DNA of 64,000 nucleotides from a bacterium. Lineage in GTDB: Bacteria > Patescibacteriota > Minisyncoccia > Phycocordibacterales > UBA918. The notes under the pieces were generated by a model. The model made no database searches. It saw only the letters and a program-made list of their open reading frames with translations, and was not told the DNA's origin. This document shows positions 50,417 through 60,887 of the stretch, piece after piece. The DNA lies in contig JAYSUD010000006.1 of assembly GCA_043719295.1 (NCBI GenBank), positions 17,318 to 81,317 of the forward strand, in the 5' to 3' direction. The stretch's first letter is position 1. Every line of letters begins with the position of its first letter. The position numbers were made by a program, and so were the translations under genes.

Positions 50417-51496
50417 ATGGACTTTCTTTCACAACTTGTATCGGTACTACTTGGCTCATATCTTGCCTTTACTAATACACTTGCGCTCTATATTGAAGAG
50501 GCACTTCCTTCATATCTCTCTTCTACAACATCCCGGGAAGTTGCCTATACTGATCCACAACTTATACCAATTGTTTCAAAAACTCCGTTTACAAGTATCC
50601 CCGATATTCTGCTTAAAAATAATGCCTACCAAAAAGCTTCAATTGTTGAAAGTATTGATCCCGTAACTGCACCTGCTACAGCGCTTGAAGCTTTGGTCAA
50701 TATTTACTGTACGTACAAAACAGACAAGTATATTAAAACAACTACAGGTACGGGATTTTTTATTGATACCAATGGAGTTATTTTAACCAATGCCCATGTA
50801 GCTCAGTTTCTCCTACTTGAAGGACTTGAAGGTCAAGCAGACTGTATTATCCGAACGGGCAATCCTGCAACTGCAGCGTATGAAGCAGACTTACTTTACA
50901 TCCCGCCTACGTGGGTAAAAGAGCATGCACAGATGATAAATGACGTTACTCCAAAAGGAACAGGTGAGCGGGATTATGCACTCTTGTATGTCACTTCGGC
51001 ACTTGAAGGAAAACCTATGCCTGCACAATTTAAAGCACTCCCTTTTGAGACAGCTCCACTACCAATACGTGCAAATAATACAGAAGTTTTTGCAACGGGA
51101 TACCCTGCAGAATCAATGCTTAAAGAAGGGATTAACGGCCCACTTATTCCAAAACAAGCAACAACCACCATTACTGAACTCATGACGTTTGGATCAAACC
51201 TTGTTGATATTTTTACCATAAAAGGTTCAGCTATTGGTGAGCATGGTTCTTCAGGAGGGCCCGTGGTAAACATGGAAGGTAAAACTATCGGCATTATTAG
51301 TACCAAAGGTGATGATGAACGGTTTGGTAAAGGAAGTTTACGAGCAGTTTCACTTGCGTACATCAATAGAACTATTAAAGAAGAAACAGGTTTTGAACTG
51401 TATCAAAACATGAGTGGCAATCTCCCTTATCGTGCACAACTTTTTAAAGAGACCATAACTCCTTTTCTTCAAAGGATACTGCAAGCAGAGCTGTAG
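50417..51496 (+). CDS. Trypsin-like serine protease, membrane-anchored or secreted
   Basis: TGTGF, TNAHV, DYALL, GSSGGPV. Confidence 0.9.
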   Translation: MDFLSQLVSVLLGSYLAFTNTLALYIEEALPSYLSSTTSREVAYTDPQLIPIVSKTPFTSIPDILLKNNAYQKASIVESIDPVTAPATALEALVNIYCTYKTDKYIKTTTGTGFFIDTNGVILTNAHVAQFLLLEGLEGQADCIIRTGNPATAAYEADLLYIPPTWVKEHAQMINDVTPKGTGERDYALLYVTSALEGKPMPAQFKALPFETAPLPIRANNTEVFATGYPAESMLKEGINGPLIPKQATTTITELMTFGSNLVDIFTIKGSAIGEHGSSGGPVVNMEGKTIGIISTKGDDERFGKGSLRAVSLAYINRTIKEETGFELYQNMSGNLPYRAQLFKETITPFLQRILQAEL

Positions 51497-51553
51497 GACA
51501 GAACAAACGCGCAACTTTGAGGTTGCGCGTTTCTTGATGTTAAGAAAAGTATA

Positions 51554-51838
51554 TTATTCCCAAGACCAAGGATGACTTGTCAAAGCGGCATAATCTTCAT
51601 GGGCCAAAGAAAGTGCATCTCTATGGAGCAAAGACCCACGACGATGCAAATACAAATCCATGAGATGCCCATCTATTTCAGTAAAATCTTTCTCATGATT
51701 TCTCCATGCGAGATAGAGGCTACATACTCCGAGTTCTTGCAATCTCTTTGTAAACCATGATACGTCTCTTACTTCAACTGAAGCTACACAGTTAAGTAAC
51801 TGCGGGAATGGATGATTCCCTTTTGAAACAAACGTCAT
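51554..51838 (-). CDS. Hypothetical protein
   Basis: GGGAG six nt before ATG (MTFVSKG). Confidence 0.45.
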   Translation of the reverse strand: MTFVSKGNHPFPQLLNCVASVEVRDVSWFTKRLQELGVCSLYLAWRNHEKDFTEIDGHLMDLYLHRRGSLLHRDALSLAHEDYAALTSHPWSWE

Positions 51839-52252
51839 TTCTTTCTCCCTCTGTTTTTTTCTTCCCATCCATATCACCTGACATGGCGGATATATTTCGA
51901 ACGCCTCATTGCGGTCCGAGTGCAAAGAGGAATTTATTTCCTTACTCTCTGTACTCAAACGACAAACAAAAGACCCGATGGTTCCCTGAGGAAACATCGG
52001 GTCATTTTGAGTTTATAATTTCTACACCTTCAAAACAACACGAGTTTCCTTGCTTCTAAACCAGAAATAGAATGGTGTTGTTGTTGAATATGTCCGTTGC
52101 ATATTTCATTTATATCGCATCCCTAAAAAAGAGTCAATTAATTACTTTGTTTGTGCCCATTGCAATTACGGAATTTTACTCTATAGTACAACCTTAATGT
52201 CAACCCAACAGGACGGGCAGAAATCCGTTCTTTATTTCGAAAGGGACTTCCA

Positions 52253-52885
52253 ATGATTGATTCGCTCACTGTCGTGTCACACCCGTTGGTGCAACACAAA
52301 CTCACGCTCATGCGTGAGAAAACAACTTGTACTTCTGAATTCCGTAGACTTCTACGGGAAATCAGCCAGCTTTTGGCGTACGAGGTCACTCGTGGACTGC
52401 CGATGACCACAAGACAAATTGAAACCCCGCTTGAGTTGATGGATGCTCCAACCCTTGGTGACAAGAAGTTGACTTTGGTTTCAATCTTGCGGGCAGGTAA
52501 CGGCCTTCTTGATGGAATCTTGGAACTTATTCCCACAGCAAAAGTAGGGTTCGTCGGCCTTTACCGTGATCCTGAAACGCTGCAACCGGTGCAGTACTAT
52601 TGTAAGCTGCCAGAGGGCTTGGCTGAATGTATCAATATCGTTGTTGATCCGATGCTAGCAACTGGCAATTCGTCGGTGGCTGCGGTGAACCTTTTAAAGA
52701 AGGCGGGCGCAAAAAACATCCGTTTTCTTTGTCTTCTGGCAGCGCCAGAAGGGATCAAACGTATGCAAGAGGAGCACCCGGACGTACCGATCGTCACAGC
52801 GGCGGTTGATAGTCACCTCAACGAGCACGGGTACATCGTTCCTGGTCTCGGGGATGCCGGCGATCGGATGTTTGGAACAAAATAA
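52253..52885 (+). CDS. upp: Uracil phosphoribosyltransferase
   Basis: [35 protein letters not shown]. Confidence 0.97.
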   Translation: MIDSLTVVSHPLVQHKLTLMREKTTCTSEFRRLLREISQLLAYEVTRGLPMTTRQIETPLELMDAPTLGDKKLTLVSILRAGNGLLDGILELIPTAKVGFVGLYRDPETLQPVQYYCKLPEGLAECINIVVDPMLATGNSSVAAVNLLKKAGAKNIRFLCLLAAPEGIKRMQEEHPDVPIVTAAVDSHLNEHGYIVPGLGDAGDRMFGTK

Positions 52886-52974
52886 AAACGCAAAAGGGCG
52901 GTGCTTACGCACCGCCCTCCCCACCCTACCGACTTGCATCCGCAGTCGGCTTTTTGTATTTTTAAAAATTAACT

Positions 52975-54504
52975 CTATTGCGCAACAGTTGGTTCTGTTG
53001 TTGTTGCAGTTACCGGAGCCACTTCAACTGTCCCTTCAACTTTGATTGGTTCGTTTGAGGTAAGGAAATCAATATCAGCTGCCATGTTTCGAGCTGATTC
53101 AACACTCGTTTTAGCTTGATCAATAGAACCTTTTTCTAGGAAAGTGGTTACTTTTTTTAACTCAGAGGTAACCTGTTTTTGTCCATAGGTTACTTTACTT
53201 GAAAGTCGTGAAGAAATACTTCGTGCAGTTACTTTTGCCTGGAGTGTTTGTGTCTCTTCAAACAAATTCATTACCTCTTGTACTTTTTCTTCAGTAGTCG
53301 GCACAACAGGAACTAAATCATTTATTTCAACATTTTCTCGTACATCAATATGAGAAAGGTAATTGAGTAGCTTTTGAATATCTGTTAGTGTAACTCGAAG
53401 TGATGCAACTGCTTCAGCTTCTTGGGCACTTTTCTCTTCATCAGTTTTCGCTGGTGCTACATCTGCAATCAAAGCAACATCGGTTGCTGTCATCATTGCA
53501 ATGTCATCGGTTCCAGTGGCTACAGTTTCTGCCACAGCAGAAACCGCGTCACTAGTTACAAGTGTCTTCTGTGACATTGAAAGTCCGAGAGCAACCACTT
53601 CTGCATCTGTAGAAACAGCTCTCCCTTCTTTAGTGGTAACTGCATACGCAACTTTGCGCTCAACGTCAGCAAGACGTCGTTCTACATCAGCTACCTGTGA
53701 TTGAGTTGCACCTTTTTTAACTGATTCAAACAATTCATATATTTTGGTCGATTCTTGCTCAACAGTTGCAAGTAATTTTTCATATGAAAGTGAAGATGCC
53801 GTTTGAGCAGTTTCAGCAGATGTTCTTGCTTTAGCAACTACATCTACAAGTGCAACAACTGAGTAGTCACCAGTCCCTTGCGTGTTTTCGTTCCCAATAT
53901 GCCCTTCAAGCACCTCAGACTGCACCGCGAGCGCTGACGCAAAGGCAATTGACGCTAGTTCAGCACCGTCACTATCTGTTTCTCGTAACTCCGCAATTTC
54001 TCGTTGTGCAGCGTCGGTGTGGGTTTGTACTGCTTCCGCTACTGCACTTTCTGCCTGTGGAGTTAATCGTCCCTCACTTGCAAGTAATCGTGCTTCAGAG
54101 ATTCGTCGTTCAAGACGTTGTGTTTCCCATTCTACTTTTGCATATGGTGAGAAGGCAAGTGTTGACCGCAACTCTTCATTAAATTGAACTTTAACTGGAT
54201 AGAGTGCATCACCAGGAACCGCCCGTTCAGCAAGCGCCGGAACTCCAAGTATTAAAAAGAATACAAATGCTCCTCCAAACGCTCGTGTGTATATTTTATT
54301 AAAAGTAAATGCATAGAAAGGTTCAGAAATGATCCCAACAGCCTTCGTGTTTTTTGAAAAAGTATTTTTAGTCACTACCATTTCTGGTGGAAGTGGATGA
54401 TACTCCATATAGGAAACAAGCCGAGCTTTAAGCTCTTCTTTTTCAGAAGCCCGCATTATGATGCGCTCCCCTTGTTTCTTAAATTGTTGACTAAACCGTT
54501 TCAT
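52975..54504 (-). CDS. DUF5667-like membrane protein, putative anti-sigma partner
   Basis: TM helix then AERAVPGDALYPVK..ERRISEA; directly downstream of the ECF sigma. Confidence 0.75.
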   Translation of the reverse strand: MKRFSQQFKKQGERIIMRASEKEELKARLVSYMEYHPLPPEMVVTKNTFSKNTKAVGIISEPFYAFTFNKIYTRAFGGAFVFFLILGVPALAERAVPGDALYPVKVQFNEELRSTLAFSPYAKVEWETQRLERRISEARLLASEGRLTPQAESAVAEAVQTHTDAAQREIAELRETDSDGAELASIAFASALAVQSEVLEGHIGNENTQGTGDYSVVALVDVVAKARTSAETAQTASSLSYEKLLATVEQESTKIYELFESVKKGATQSQVADVERRLADVERKVAYAVTTKEGRAVSTDAEVVALGLSMSQKTLVTSDAVSAVAETVATGTDDIAMMTATDVALIADVAPAKTDEEKSAQEAEAVASLRVTLTDIQKLLNYLSHIDVRENVEINDLVPVVPTTEEKVQEVMNLFEETQTLQAKVTARSISSRLSSKVTYGQKQVTSELKKVTTFLEKGSIDQAKTSVESARNMAADIDFLTSNEPIKVEGTVEVAPVTATTTEPTVAQ

Positions 54505-54510
54505 TGTAAA

Positions 54511-55104
54511 TTATTTCTTTTTTGTGTTTTTTGTACGGACCGCAATTGCTTCTTTTTCTTTTGACTCAACCATTTGTCGAAGGAGTCGCAACGCTCGGTG
54601 TAACCGAACCGATACCACGTTTTCAGTCTCTTCAATGAGAACGCTTATCTCTTTTGGTCCCAGTTCATCGATAAACCGCAAGATGATAACTTCCTTGTAT
54701 ACATCAGGAAGTGTCTCTACAAGCCCAAAGACCTGCTTACCATCAAGTGTTGCTGCAAGTGACTCAACAGTGTTTGAAGACAGTTCGTCAAACGAACCTT
54801 CATCAATTCCATCAATTTCGAATAGTGCATCAAGTGAAGCTTCTTTAGTTTTGCGGTACTCATCAATAATCAAATTATTGAGTACTTTGTATAAAAAAGG
54901 TCTAAAAGACTCTACTTCATGCCCCTTTCGCACGTACGCCCATACTTTAGTATAGGTGTCGTGTACAACATCAATGGCTCGTTCTCTATCGCTTATACGT
55001 AAGAAAGCGTGCCGGAATAAGGCATCACTATACTCCTCGAAAGCTTTCAAAAAACGCTCTTCGTGGTCCCCTTTTATGCTGTCATTACTTGTAGGACTCT
55101 GCAT
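54511..55104 (-). CDS. ECF-type sigma-70 factor
   Basis: AIDVVHDTY, FLYKVLNNLIIDEYRK, LPDVYKEVIILR..VSVRLHRA. Confidence 0.93.
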   Translation of the reverse strand: MQSPTSNDSIKGDHEERFLKAFEEYSDALFRHAFLRISDRERAIDVVHDTYTKVWAYVRKGHEVESFRPFLYKVLNNLIIDEYRKTKEASLDALFEIDGIDEGSFDELSSNTVESLAATLDGKQVFGLVETLPDVYKEVIILRFIDELGPKEISVLIEETENVVSVRLHRALRLLRQMVESKEKEAIAVRTKNTKKK

Positions 55105-55159
55105 GCAAGAACCATTATACGTGAAGACGTGAAGATTACCTGTTTCTTACTCACAAATG

Positions 55160-55280
55160 GAGCGAGAGTCGTAATTTGGCAAGATATTGAGCCAAATATA
55201 CTCAAAGAAAAGCTCGCTTTTAGTTTGAGTATATTTGGCTCAATATGCAGGCTTCGCTTGCGCCAAGTTATGACCGAGCG
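55160..55280 (-). repeat. Family D branched hairpin element, copy 1
   Basis: 23-bp perfect stem 55184-55206/55224-55246; side hairpin GCAAGCGAAGCCTGC; CGCTCG..CTCGCTC ends on the minus strand. Confidence 0.75.
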
Positions 55281-55551
55281 GAATGCAGGGAGAACAAACT
55301 TTTCTGAACACCGCAGTGTGAAGAAAACGTTTTTACTGACAAAGAACTCTTTCTCCTTTTTAGGTATAAATCTGTAAAAATGCAAACTTTGTTTGCGTCC
55401 ATACTGATTTCCGAGCGGAGCGTAGATAGAACAAATTTGCTTGTTTCTAGCAAATTTTTACTCATAAAATCAAAATTATCCAATGGTTATGATCTCTATA
55501 CAAAAAACGAGCTCGGCCGGGAAAAATCCCTAGCCGAGCCCAAACAGGACC

Positions 55552-56391
55552 TTAGTCCCGAAGCATTTCATTCAATGCTGTCGCCGCGTCTGTCCCTTCG
55601 TCCCGATACTTCACGATGTAAGGACAGAGAAGGCCGTTCTTCGGATGGATGCCCATCATGACAACAGCCCGAGCGGGGACTTCGCCAAAAGTGATCGCAC
55701 CATCTTTGGTCCGATCAACAATCGGGGTATTCTTTCCGATAAACACCCCCATTGAAAGAACTGCTCCTTCGCGAACAATCACTCCTTCGACTACCTCGGA
55801 TCGTGCTCCGATGAAGCAGTTGTCCTCGATGATGGTCGGGTTGGCCTGCAGTGGTTCAAGAACCCCACCAATCCCAACTCCTCCAGACAAATGGCAGTTC
55901 TTACCAATTTGTGCACAAGAGCCAACCGTCGCCCACGTATCAACCATCGTGTTTTCACCGACATAAGCTCCGACGTTCACAAACGACGGCATCAGTACGA
56001 CATTCTTGCCAATAAATGCGGAGTGTCGCACGATAGACCCTGGCAATGCCCTGAAACCGGCTTCACGCCATCGCAGAGAACCCCACCCCAGGAATTTCGA
56101 TGGAACCTTGTCATACCAAGTTGAATCATCGTTCCCACCTTCAACCAATTTCATATCATTAAGCCTGAACGAAAGTAGAACAGCTTTCTTCGCCCAATCG
56201 TTCACGACCCAAATTATCTTGCCGTCTGCCCCTGGAAAAGGCTCTGCTATCCGCAGTTCGCCCCCATCAAGCATTTCTAAGACTTTTCGAATCAAAGCCT
56301 TTTCTGGCGTTTTTGCCGTTGTTGAACTGAGTTTGTCTTTGTTATTCCACATCTCGTTAATGGGCAGGCTAAACTCGTCATCTTTAAACAT
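55552..56391 (-). CDS. dapD: Tetrahydrodipicolinate N-succinyltransferase
   Basis: [41 protein letters not shown]; SD AGGAG. Confidence 0.95.
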   Translation of the reverse strand: MFKDDEFSLPINEMWNNKDKLSSTTAKTPEKALIRKVLEMLDGGELRIAEPFPGADGKIIWVVNDWAKKAVLLSFRLNDMKLVEGGNDDSTWYDKVPSKFLGWGSLRWREAGFRALPGSIVRHSAFIGKNVVLMPSFVNVGAYVGENTMVDTWATVGSCAQIGKNCHLSGGVGIGGVLEPLQANPTIIEDNCFIGARSEVVEGVIVREGAVLSMGVFIGKNTPIVDRTKDGAITFGEVPARAVVMMGIHPKNGLLCPYIVKYRDEGTDAATALNEMLRD

Positions 56392-56405
56392 AGGTTTCTC
56401 CTTCT

Positions 56406-56831
56406 TCAGGCCACCTCGGCCGATTTCCATTGAATCTCAACCACAATATCAAGGTTTCTGCCTTCAGTGGCCAAAACTGCATAGACGAAAGGATGTTTTC
56501 CGCCCTTCGATTCGATTGCTTGCTGGCACACTTTCTCACCCATATAACCCCGAAGGGCAAAATAAGCAACAGCGTCGATAGCAAGCTCAGTTGTTTCGTA
56601 GCGACCCTTGCCACGATACGCCATCATCGCCTCAACCCAAACGGCCGAACGATATTTTCCTTCGCCGACAGCATCGTTAAAAAAGACTTCACCATCAACG
56701 TACACTCGTACCTGTGCAATGCACACATCAGAAACAACTTCATAACCAAGTTGTTTAGCTGCAATATCACCATTTGATACAACTGCCCCTAACTCACCGT
56801 CAGGTACAAAGTTGAATCCCAAAAATGACAT
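56406..56831 (-). CDS. Hypothetical protein
   Basis: 141-aa ORF, purine-rich SD-like sequence upstream, co-oriented with dapD. Confidence 0.55.
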   Translation of the reverse strand: MSFLGFNFVPDGELGAVVSNGDIAAKQLGYEVVSDVCIAQVRVYVDGEVFFNDAVGEGKYRSAVWVEAMMAYRGKGRYETTELAIDAVAYFALRGYMGEKVCQQAIESKGGKHPFVYAVLATEGRNLDIVVEIQWKSAEVA

Positions 56832-56949
56832 ATTTTACCCCTTCCCCTTTTCAAAACCCCACAACGGGGCGGGTCTATCCAAGTCGTACGCTATCACAAA
56901 AACCCTTGTCGAGCAACGAAACTACAGCTTCTTAATCTCCGCAATCAAT

Positions 56950-57897
56950 TCAGAAAATTTCTTTTAGAAAGGATTCAAAAATGTATTTTCTAGCCACTTC
57001 ACCATCAGCTGAAAATTTATGGTTGCTTTCTGGTAATGAAATGAGTTTAGATTTTGAATGTGCCATATGAAGGTCAAATGCACCCTTAAATGGACAGAGA
57101 ATATCATGTCGACCATGAACAATAACCATTGGGATATCTTTGATTTGAGGAATATCTCGCAATAATTGATTCTCTTTCAGAAAAAAAGAATTGGATTCGT
57201 AGTGCAAAAATATCTTTACCGAAGCAATATCTTCATCTTTTACGTCCACTGCTGTTGCATAAGATACATCAGAGGATGACGTCATGAGGTTGCCTTCCCA
57301 ATTTAAAACAGCAGCTACAATCTTTTTCTGTTCATCCATGTCCATAGTTTGCAGTTTCTCAAGAAGTACTTTTGAAGAATTAGATAAATCAGCTCCGTAT
57401 GCTGTTAGTTTTTCTTCTCGTTCTTTCCAAACATCTGGAAATAATACAGCAACTCCATCAGGTTTAGTAAAACTCCATTCAATTGCTATTTTATCAGCTA
57501 GAAAAATTGCACACAACAGTAAACCTTTTATCCGTGTAGGAAATGATTCTGCATACGCTAGTGCTAGTGTTGAACCCCAACTTCCTCCTGTGACAAACCA
57601 AGATTCAATACCTAAATGTTCTCTGAGCCGCTCCATATCTGCGACAAGTTTCTCTGTTGTATTATTTTCAATTTTACCTGCTGGAGTACTTTTGCCACAC
57701 CCACGCTGGTCAAATGTTATGACGTGATATATTTCCAAGTCAAAATTTTTTACATGTTTTGCTCTACTCTTTGATCCTGGTCCACCGTGCAATGAAATAA
57801 TTGTTTTACCGTTTGGGTTACCATATTGCGAAAAGGATACAGAATGTCCATCTTCTTTGGCTAAAAATCCTTCATTAAATGCTGTAGGGTTGTACAT
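56950..57897 (-). CDS. pip: Proline iminopeptidase (alpha/beta hydrolase S33)
   Basis: HGGPG, FDQRGCGKS, GGSWG, HGRHD. Confidence 0.9.
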   Translation of the reverse strand: MYNPTAFNEGFLAKEDGHSVSFSQYGNPNGKTIISLHGGPGSKSRAKHVKNFDLEIYHVITFDQRGCGKSTPAGKIENNTTEKLVADMERLREHLGIESWFVTGGSWGSTLALAYAESFPTRIKGLLLCAIFLADKIAIEWSFTKPDGVAVLFPDVWKEREEKLTAYGADLSNSSKVLLEKLQTMDMDEQKKIVAAVLNWEGNLMTSSSDVSYATAVDVKDEDIASVKIFLHYESNSFFLKENQLLRDIPQIKDIPMVIVHGRHDILCPFKGAFDLHMAHSKSKLISLPESNHKFSADGEVARKYIFESFLKEIF

Positions 57898-57904
57898 AAT
57901 TCAA

Positions 57905-58828
57905 TTATAACCACTTATTTCGTTTAAACATATACACTACCCCCACAACCAAAAACACAATAACTAAAAGTACCATCCAAAATGCATACGGGTTGTCACC
58001 AAACGGTATTTGAACGTTCATACCAAACAACGACGCAACAATCGTCGGGACGGTAAGAATGATGGTCAAAATAGTGAGGGTTCGAATAGTCGTGTTTAGT
58101 TTGTTTGTTAAAATCGCCTCTGACGCAGAGCGTATATTCTGAATAGTCTTCAATACAGAGCGAGTAGAATCAACGAGCTGACTGTTTGCAATCATAAGGT
58201 CCTGCATGAGCTCCACATCTTCGTTATAGAGTTGCATAAAGTTGCCGGAGGTTACTTGTTGTAGCCATGCGTTAGTAGGCACAAGTGCAGTCACAATATC
58301 GTTCAGGTCATTTTCGAAATCTACAAGGCGTTCAATTTCACGAGAACCAATCTTCCGCAATCGCGCTCTGTCGCGTTGTACAAGTTTTCGGAAACGTACA
58401 AGTTCCTTTTCGTATGAGTTTGTAATACTATCCATAATCTGGATAAAAAACTTTGCCTTCTGGGTTGTAGTGATTGATTCTGTTCCTTCAATAAACCTTT
58501 TAAATTGGGGTACTTCACGAACTGCAAAGGTAAGCAAGAAGGATTCACCAATAACAATCAAAAGGGGTGCAGTTCCACTATCTTCTGTTTTTTCATCATA
58601 CGGATAGCGTGTAAAAAAGTAAGTCACTCCCCCGCCACGCTCCATACGTGGAACCTCGAAAAAGTCACGAGCGTCTTCAAGTACTGCATCATCAAGCGCA
58701 TACTCTTTCACAATCTGAGCAACTTCTTCGTCAGTTGGGGCAACCACATGTGTCCACACCCCCGTCCGAATCTCTTCAACAGTTTTTAGTTCTGTATCTT
58801 GAACGGTTTTGAAGTAATGAGTAATCAT
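57905..58828 (-). CDS. corA: CorA-family Mg transporter
   Basis: Two C-terminal TM helices with FGMN. Confidence 0.93.
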   Translation of the reverse strand: MITHYFKTVQDTELKTVEEIRTGVWTHVVAPTDEEVAQIVKEYALDDAVLEDARDFFEVPRMERGGGVTYFFTRYPYDEKTEDSGTAPLLIVIGESFLLTFAVREVPQFKRFIEGTESITTTQKAKFFIQIMDSITNSYEKELVRFRKLVQRDRARLRKIGSREIERLVDFENDLNDIVTALVPTNAWLQQVTSGNFMQLYNEDVELMQDLMIANSQLVDSTRSVLKTIQNIRSASEAILTNKLNTTIRTLTILTIILTVPTIVASLFGMNVQIPFGDNPYAFWMVLLVIVFLVVGVVYMFKRNKWL

Positions 58829-58893
58829 GAAGCATGTAGTATAGCCATAGTAGCCTTATTTTACCAATAGTAACAATCTGTTACTATATTTGT

Positions 58894-59289
58894 ATGAAAT
58901 TTTACGTTGCAGGAAGATATAGTCATGAACCAAGTAGGCTACTAATTCAAGAAATGATTGCAAAACTTACTGAACTTGGACATGAATGTACTTTTAATTG
59001 GACTACAGGCCCTACATGTAAGCCTTATGAAGATAATCTAGCACTTACCAAAGAAATGACAATCAAAGCTACTGATGCTGTTTTAAAAGCAGAACAATTT
59101 ATCATGGTAAGTCACCCAGAAGGTACTGGCATGTATGTTGAATATGGACTTGCGCTAGCAGAAAACACGAGGACAGGAATTCCTAAGCTGTATCTCATTG
59201 GTGAATATCAAAATTGTTCAATGTTCAACTACCACCCAAATGTAATCTGGAAAAATTCTTTAGAAGAAATTTTGGAGGATTTGCAATAA
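58894..59289 (+). CDS. Nucleoside 2-deoxyribosyltransferase-like protein
   Basis: MKFYVAG, GTGMYVEYGLALA. Confidence 0.65.
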   Translation: MKFYVAGRYSHEPSRLLIQEMIAKLTELGHECTFNWTTGPTCKPYEDNLALTKEMTIKATDAVLKAEQFIMVSHPEGTGMYVEYGLALAENTRTGIPKLYLIGEYQNCSMFNYHPNVIWKNSLEEILEDLQ

Positions 59290-59365
59290 TCAGAAATATA
59301 AAACACAAAACCCGGCCAATTTCCAAAGGCCGGGGTGAAAAATCTATCGTGGATGAAAATATGGC

Positions 59366-59770
59366 TTATGTTTGCCGCCAAACGTGTACATGAACTTGGC
59401 CACGCGTAAGGAATCGTTTGAGATTCATGTGCATCTGCAGCACTAGATTCATAGCTTCATTCACAATACCTGGACCAAAGAACAAGAGCGCATCCTCACG
59501 GTCATCTTCATCAACCTCGAAGTCCCCTGTCCCATGGGCCGAAACCCGACGAAGAAGAAACACGGCCATACGGAGGTTGCTTACTGCAAGAACGACATCT
59601 TCTCCTCTTTCACCAACATCAATGGTGAAATGAGTCAGATGATGACTGAGTTCCTGAAGCATTGCTTCGTTTTCCCAATTGGTGTTTTGGAGATTGAATT
59701 TTACCCCAACCCGGGCAAAATTCGCCTCCATGTTTCCTTCAACAAGAGCGACGAGATGCGGTACAGTCAT
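59366..59770 (-). CDS. Hypothetical protein
   Basis: GGAGG upstream of MTVPHL; 134 aa. Confidence 0.5.
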   Translation of the reverse strand: MTVPHLVALVEGNMEANFARVGVKFNLQNTNWENEAMLQELSHHLTHFTIDVGERGEDVVLAVSNLRMAVFLLRRVSAHGTGDFEVDEDDREDALLFFGPGIVNEAMNLVLQMHMNLKRFLTRGQVHVHVWRQT

Positions 59771-59936
59771 TCCAACCTCCAAAAATGTTGTGCATAGGTG
59801 CACGTATTCGGTACAATATCATTTTTGTAGAGAATTACAATACAGTATGTATTCGCATTTTTATTGAGTTGGTGGTATGATTTTGGTCGCGAATGAGTAG
59901 GGATACGGGGTGTATGCAAAGCATACAACCTTTCTT

Positions 59937-60060
59937 CGCTCGAACATCGTGTGTGGCAAGCAAGGCTTGCACATTTGTTTGAAACTATATAAAACGAAAG
60001 TGAACTTTAGTTTTATATAGTTTCAAACAAATACCACTTCACACTCGACGTTACTCGCTC
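59937..60060 (+). repeat. Family D branched hairpin element, copy 2
   Basis: 23-bp perfect stem 59973-59995/60010-60032; side hairpin GCAAGCAAGGCTTGC; CGCTCG..CTCGCTC ends. Confidence 0.75.
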
Positions 60061-60062
60061 AT

Positions 60063-60133
60063 CGGGGTGTAGCATAGTGGTAGTGTACTCGGTTTGGGAC
60101 CGAGCGGTCAGGGTTCGATTCCCTGCTCCCCGA
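60063..60133 (+). tRNA. tRNA-Pro (TGG), no encoded CCA
   Basis: CGGGG acceptor; CTCGG-TT TGG GA-CCGAG; GGTTCGATTCC. Confidence 0.93.
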
Positions 60134-60218
60134 CTTCACAATAAGAAAATCCCCAAAGGTGCTCCTTTGAGGATTTTCTTATTGTCGGCTGAAATTTCGG
60201 ACCTATATTCACACATTT

Positions 60219-60887
60219 TTATTCTTTTTTAAAAAATCGATTCCACACCAAAAGTCCAACCTCAAACAGAATCCAAATACCTATAATTTTTAATACCAGA
60301 ACAAAATCAAGAAGCAGTAATGCCGATTCCCCAAGTGAGTACACCAACACCCCCCAGAATGTATTCCAAATGACTACAGCTATAACCATTAACATTAAAA
60401 ATCTTTTGTACCTCAGCTGAAGAATCCCAGCTGCAGTTGAGGTAAATGAAGCAAGTCCAGGATTCCAAAATGTATAAAATATATACCGAGTATCATTTTT
60501 AACTATTTTTGCTTGTGCATTGGCAATGCCATTTTGCATCCCCAGTTTTAAGAAAATCCTATACCAGCCATATTTTCCAAACAAATAGTTTAGAGTATAG
60601 CCACTCAACATTCCAACACTCACAGCAACAACAGCCAAAAATGCATGAAAAGTATCTGGAGCGAGGGCAACACCCAGAAAAATGATGACACTCCCCGGAA
60701 AGTAAAAACCTACAAAAAGTAGGGCTTCAAGAAATGAGCCCACTACAATAAGTATCAAACCATATTGTGTTAGCCACTGTGTAACCACACCTGTCATCTC
60801 TACATCAGAAGGCAAATCGAGTAGCTTCCAGACAATAGTGAGCAGAGCAACTAACACAAACCAAAATAATGCTGGCTTAAGTCCCAT
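60219..60887 (-). CDS. DedA/VTT-family membrane protein
   Basis: FLEALLFVGFYFPGS, GYTLNYLFGKYG. Confidence 0.85.
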   Translation of the reverse strand: MGLKPALFWFVLVALLTIVWKLLDLPSDVEMTGVVTQWLTQYGLILIVVGSFLEALLFVGFYFPGSVIIFLGVALAPDTFHAFLAVVAVSVGMLSGYTLNYLFGKYGWYRIFLKLGMQNGIANAQAKIVKNDTRYIFYTFWNPGLASFTSTAAGILQLRYKRFLMLMVIAVVIWNTFWGVLVYSLGESALLLLDFVLVLKIIGIWILFEVGLLVWNRFFKKE

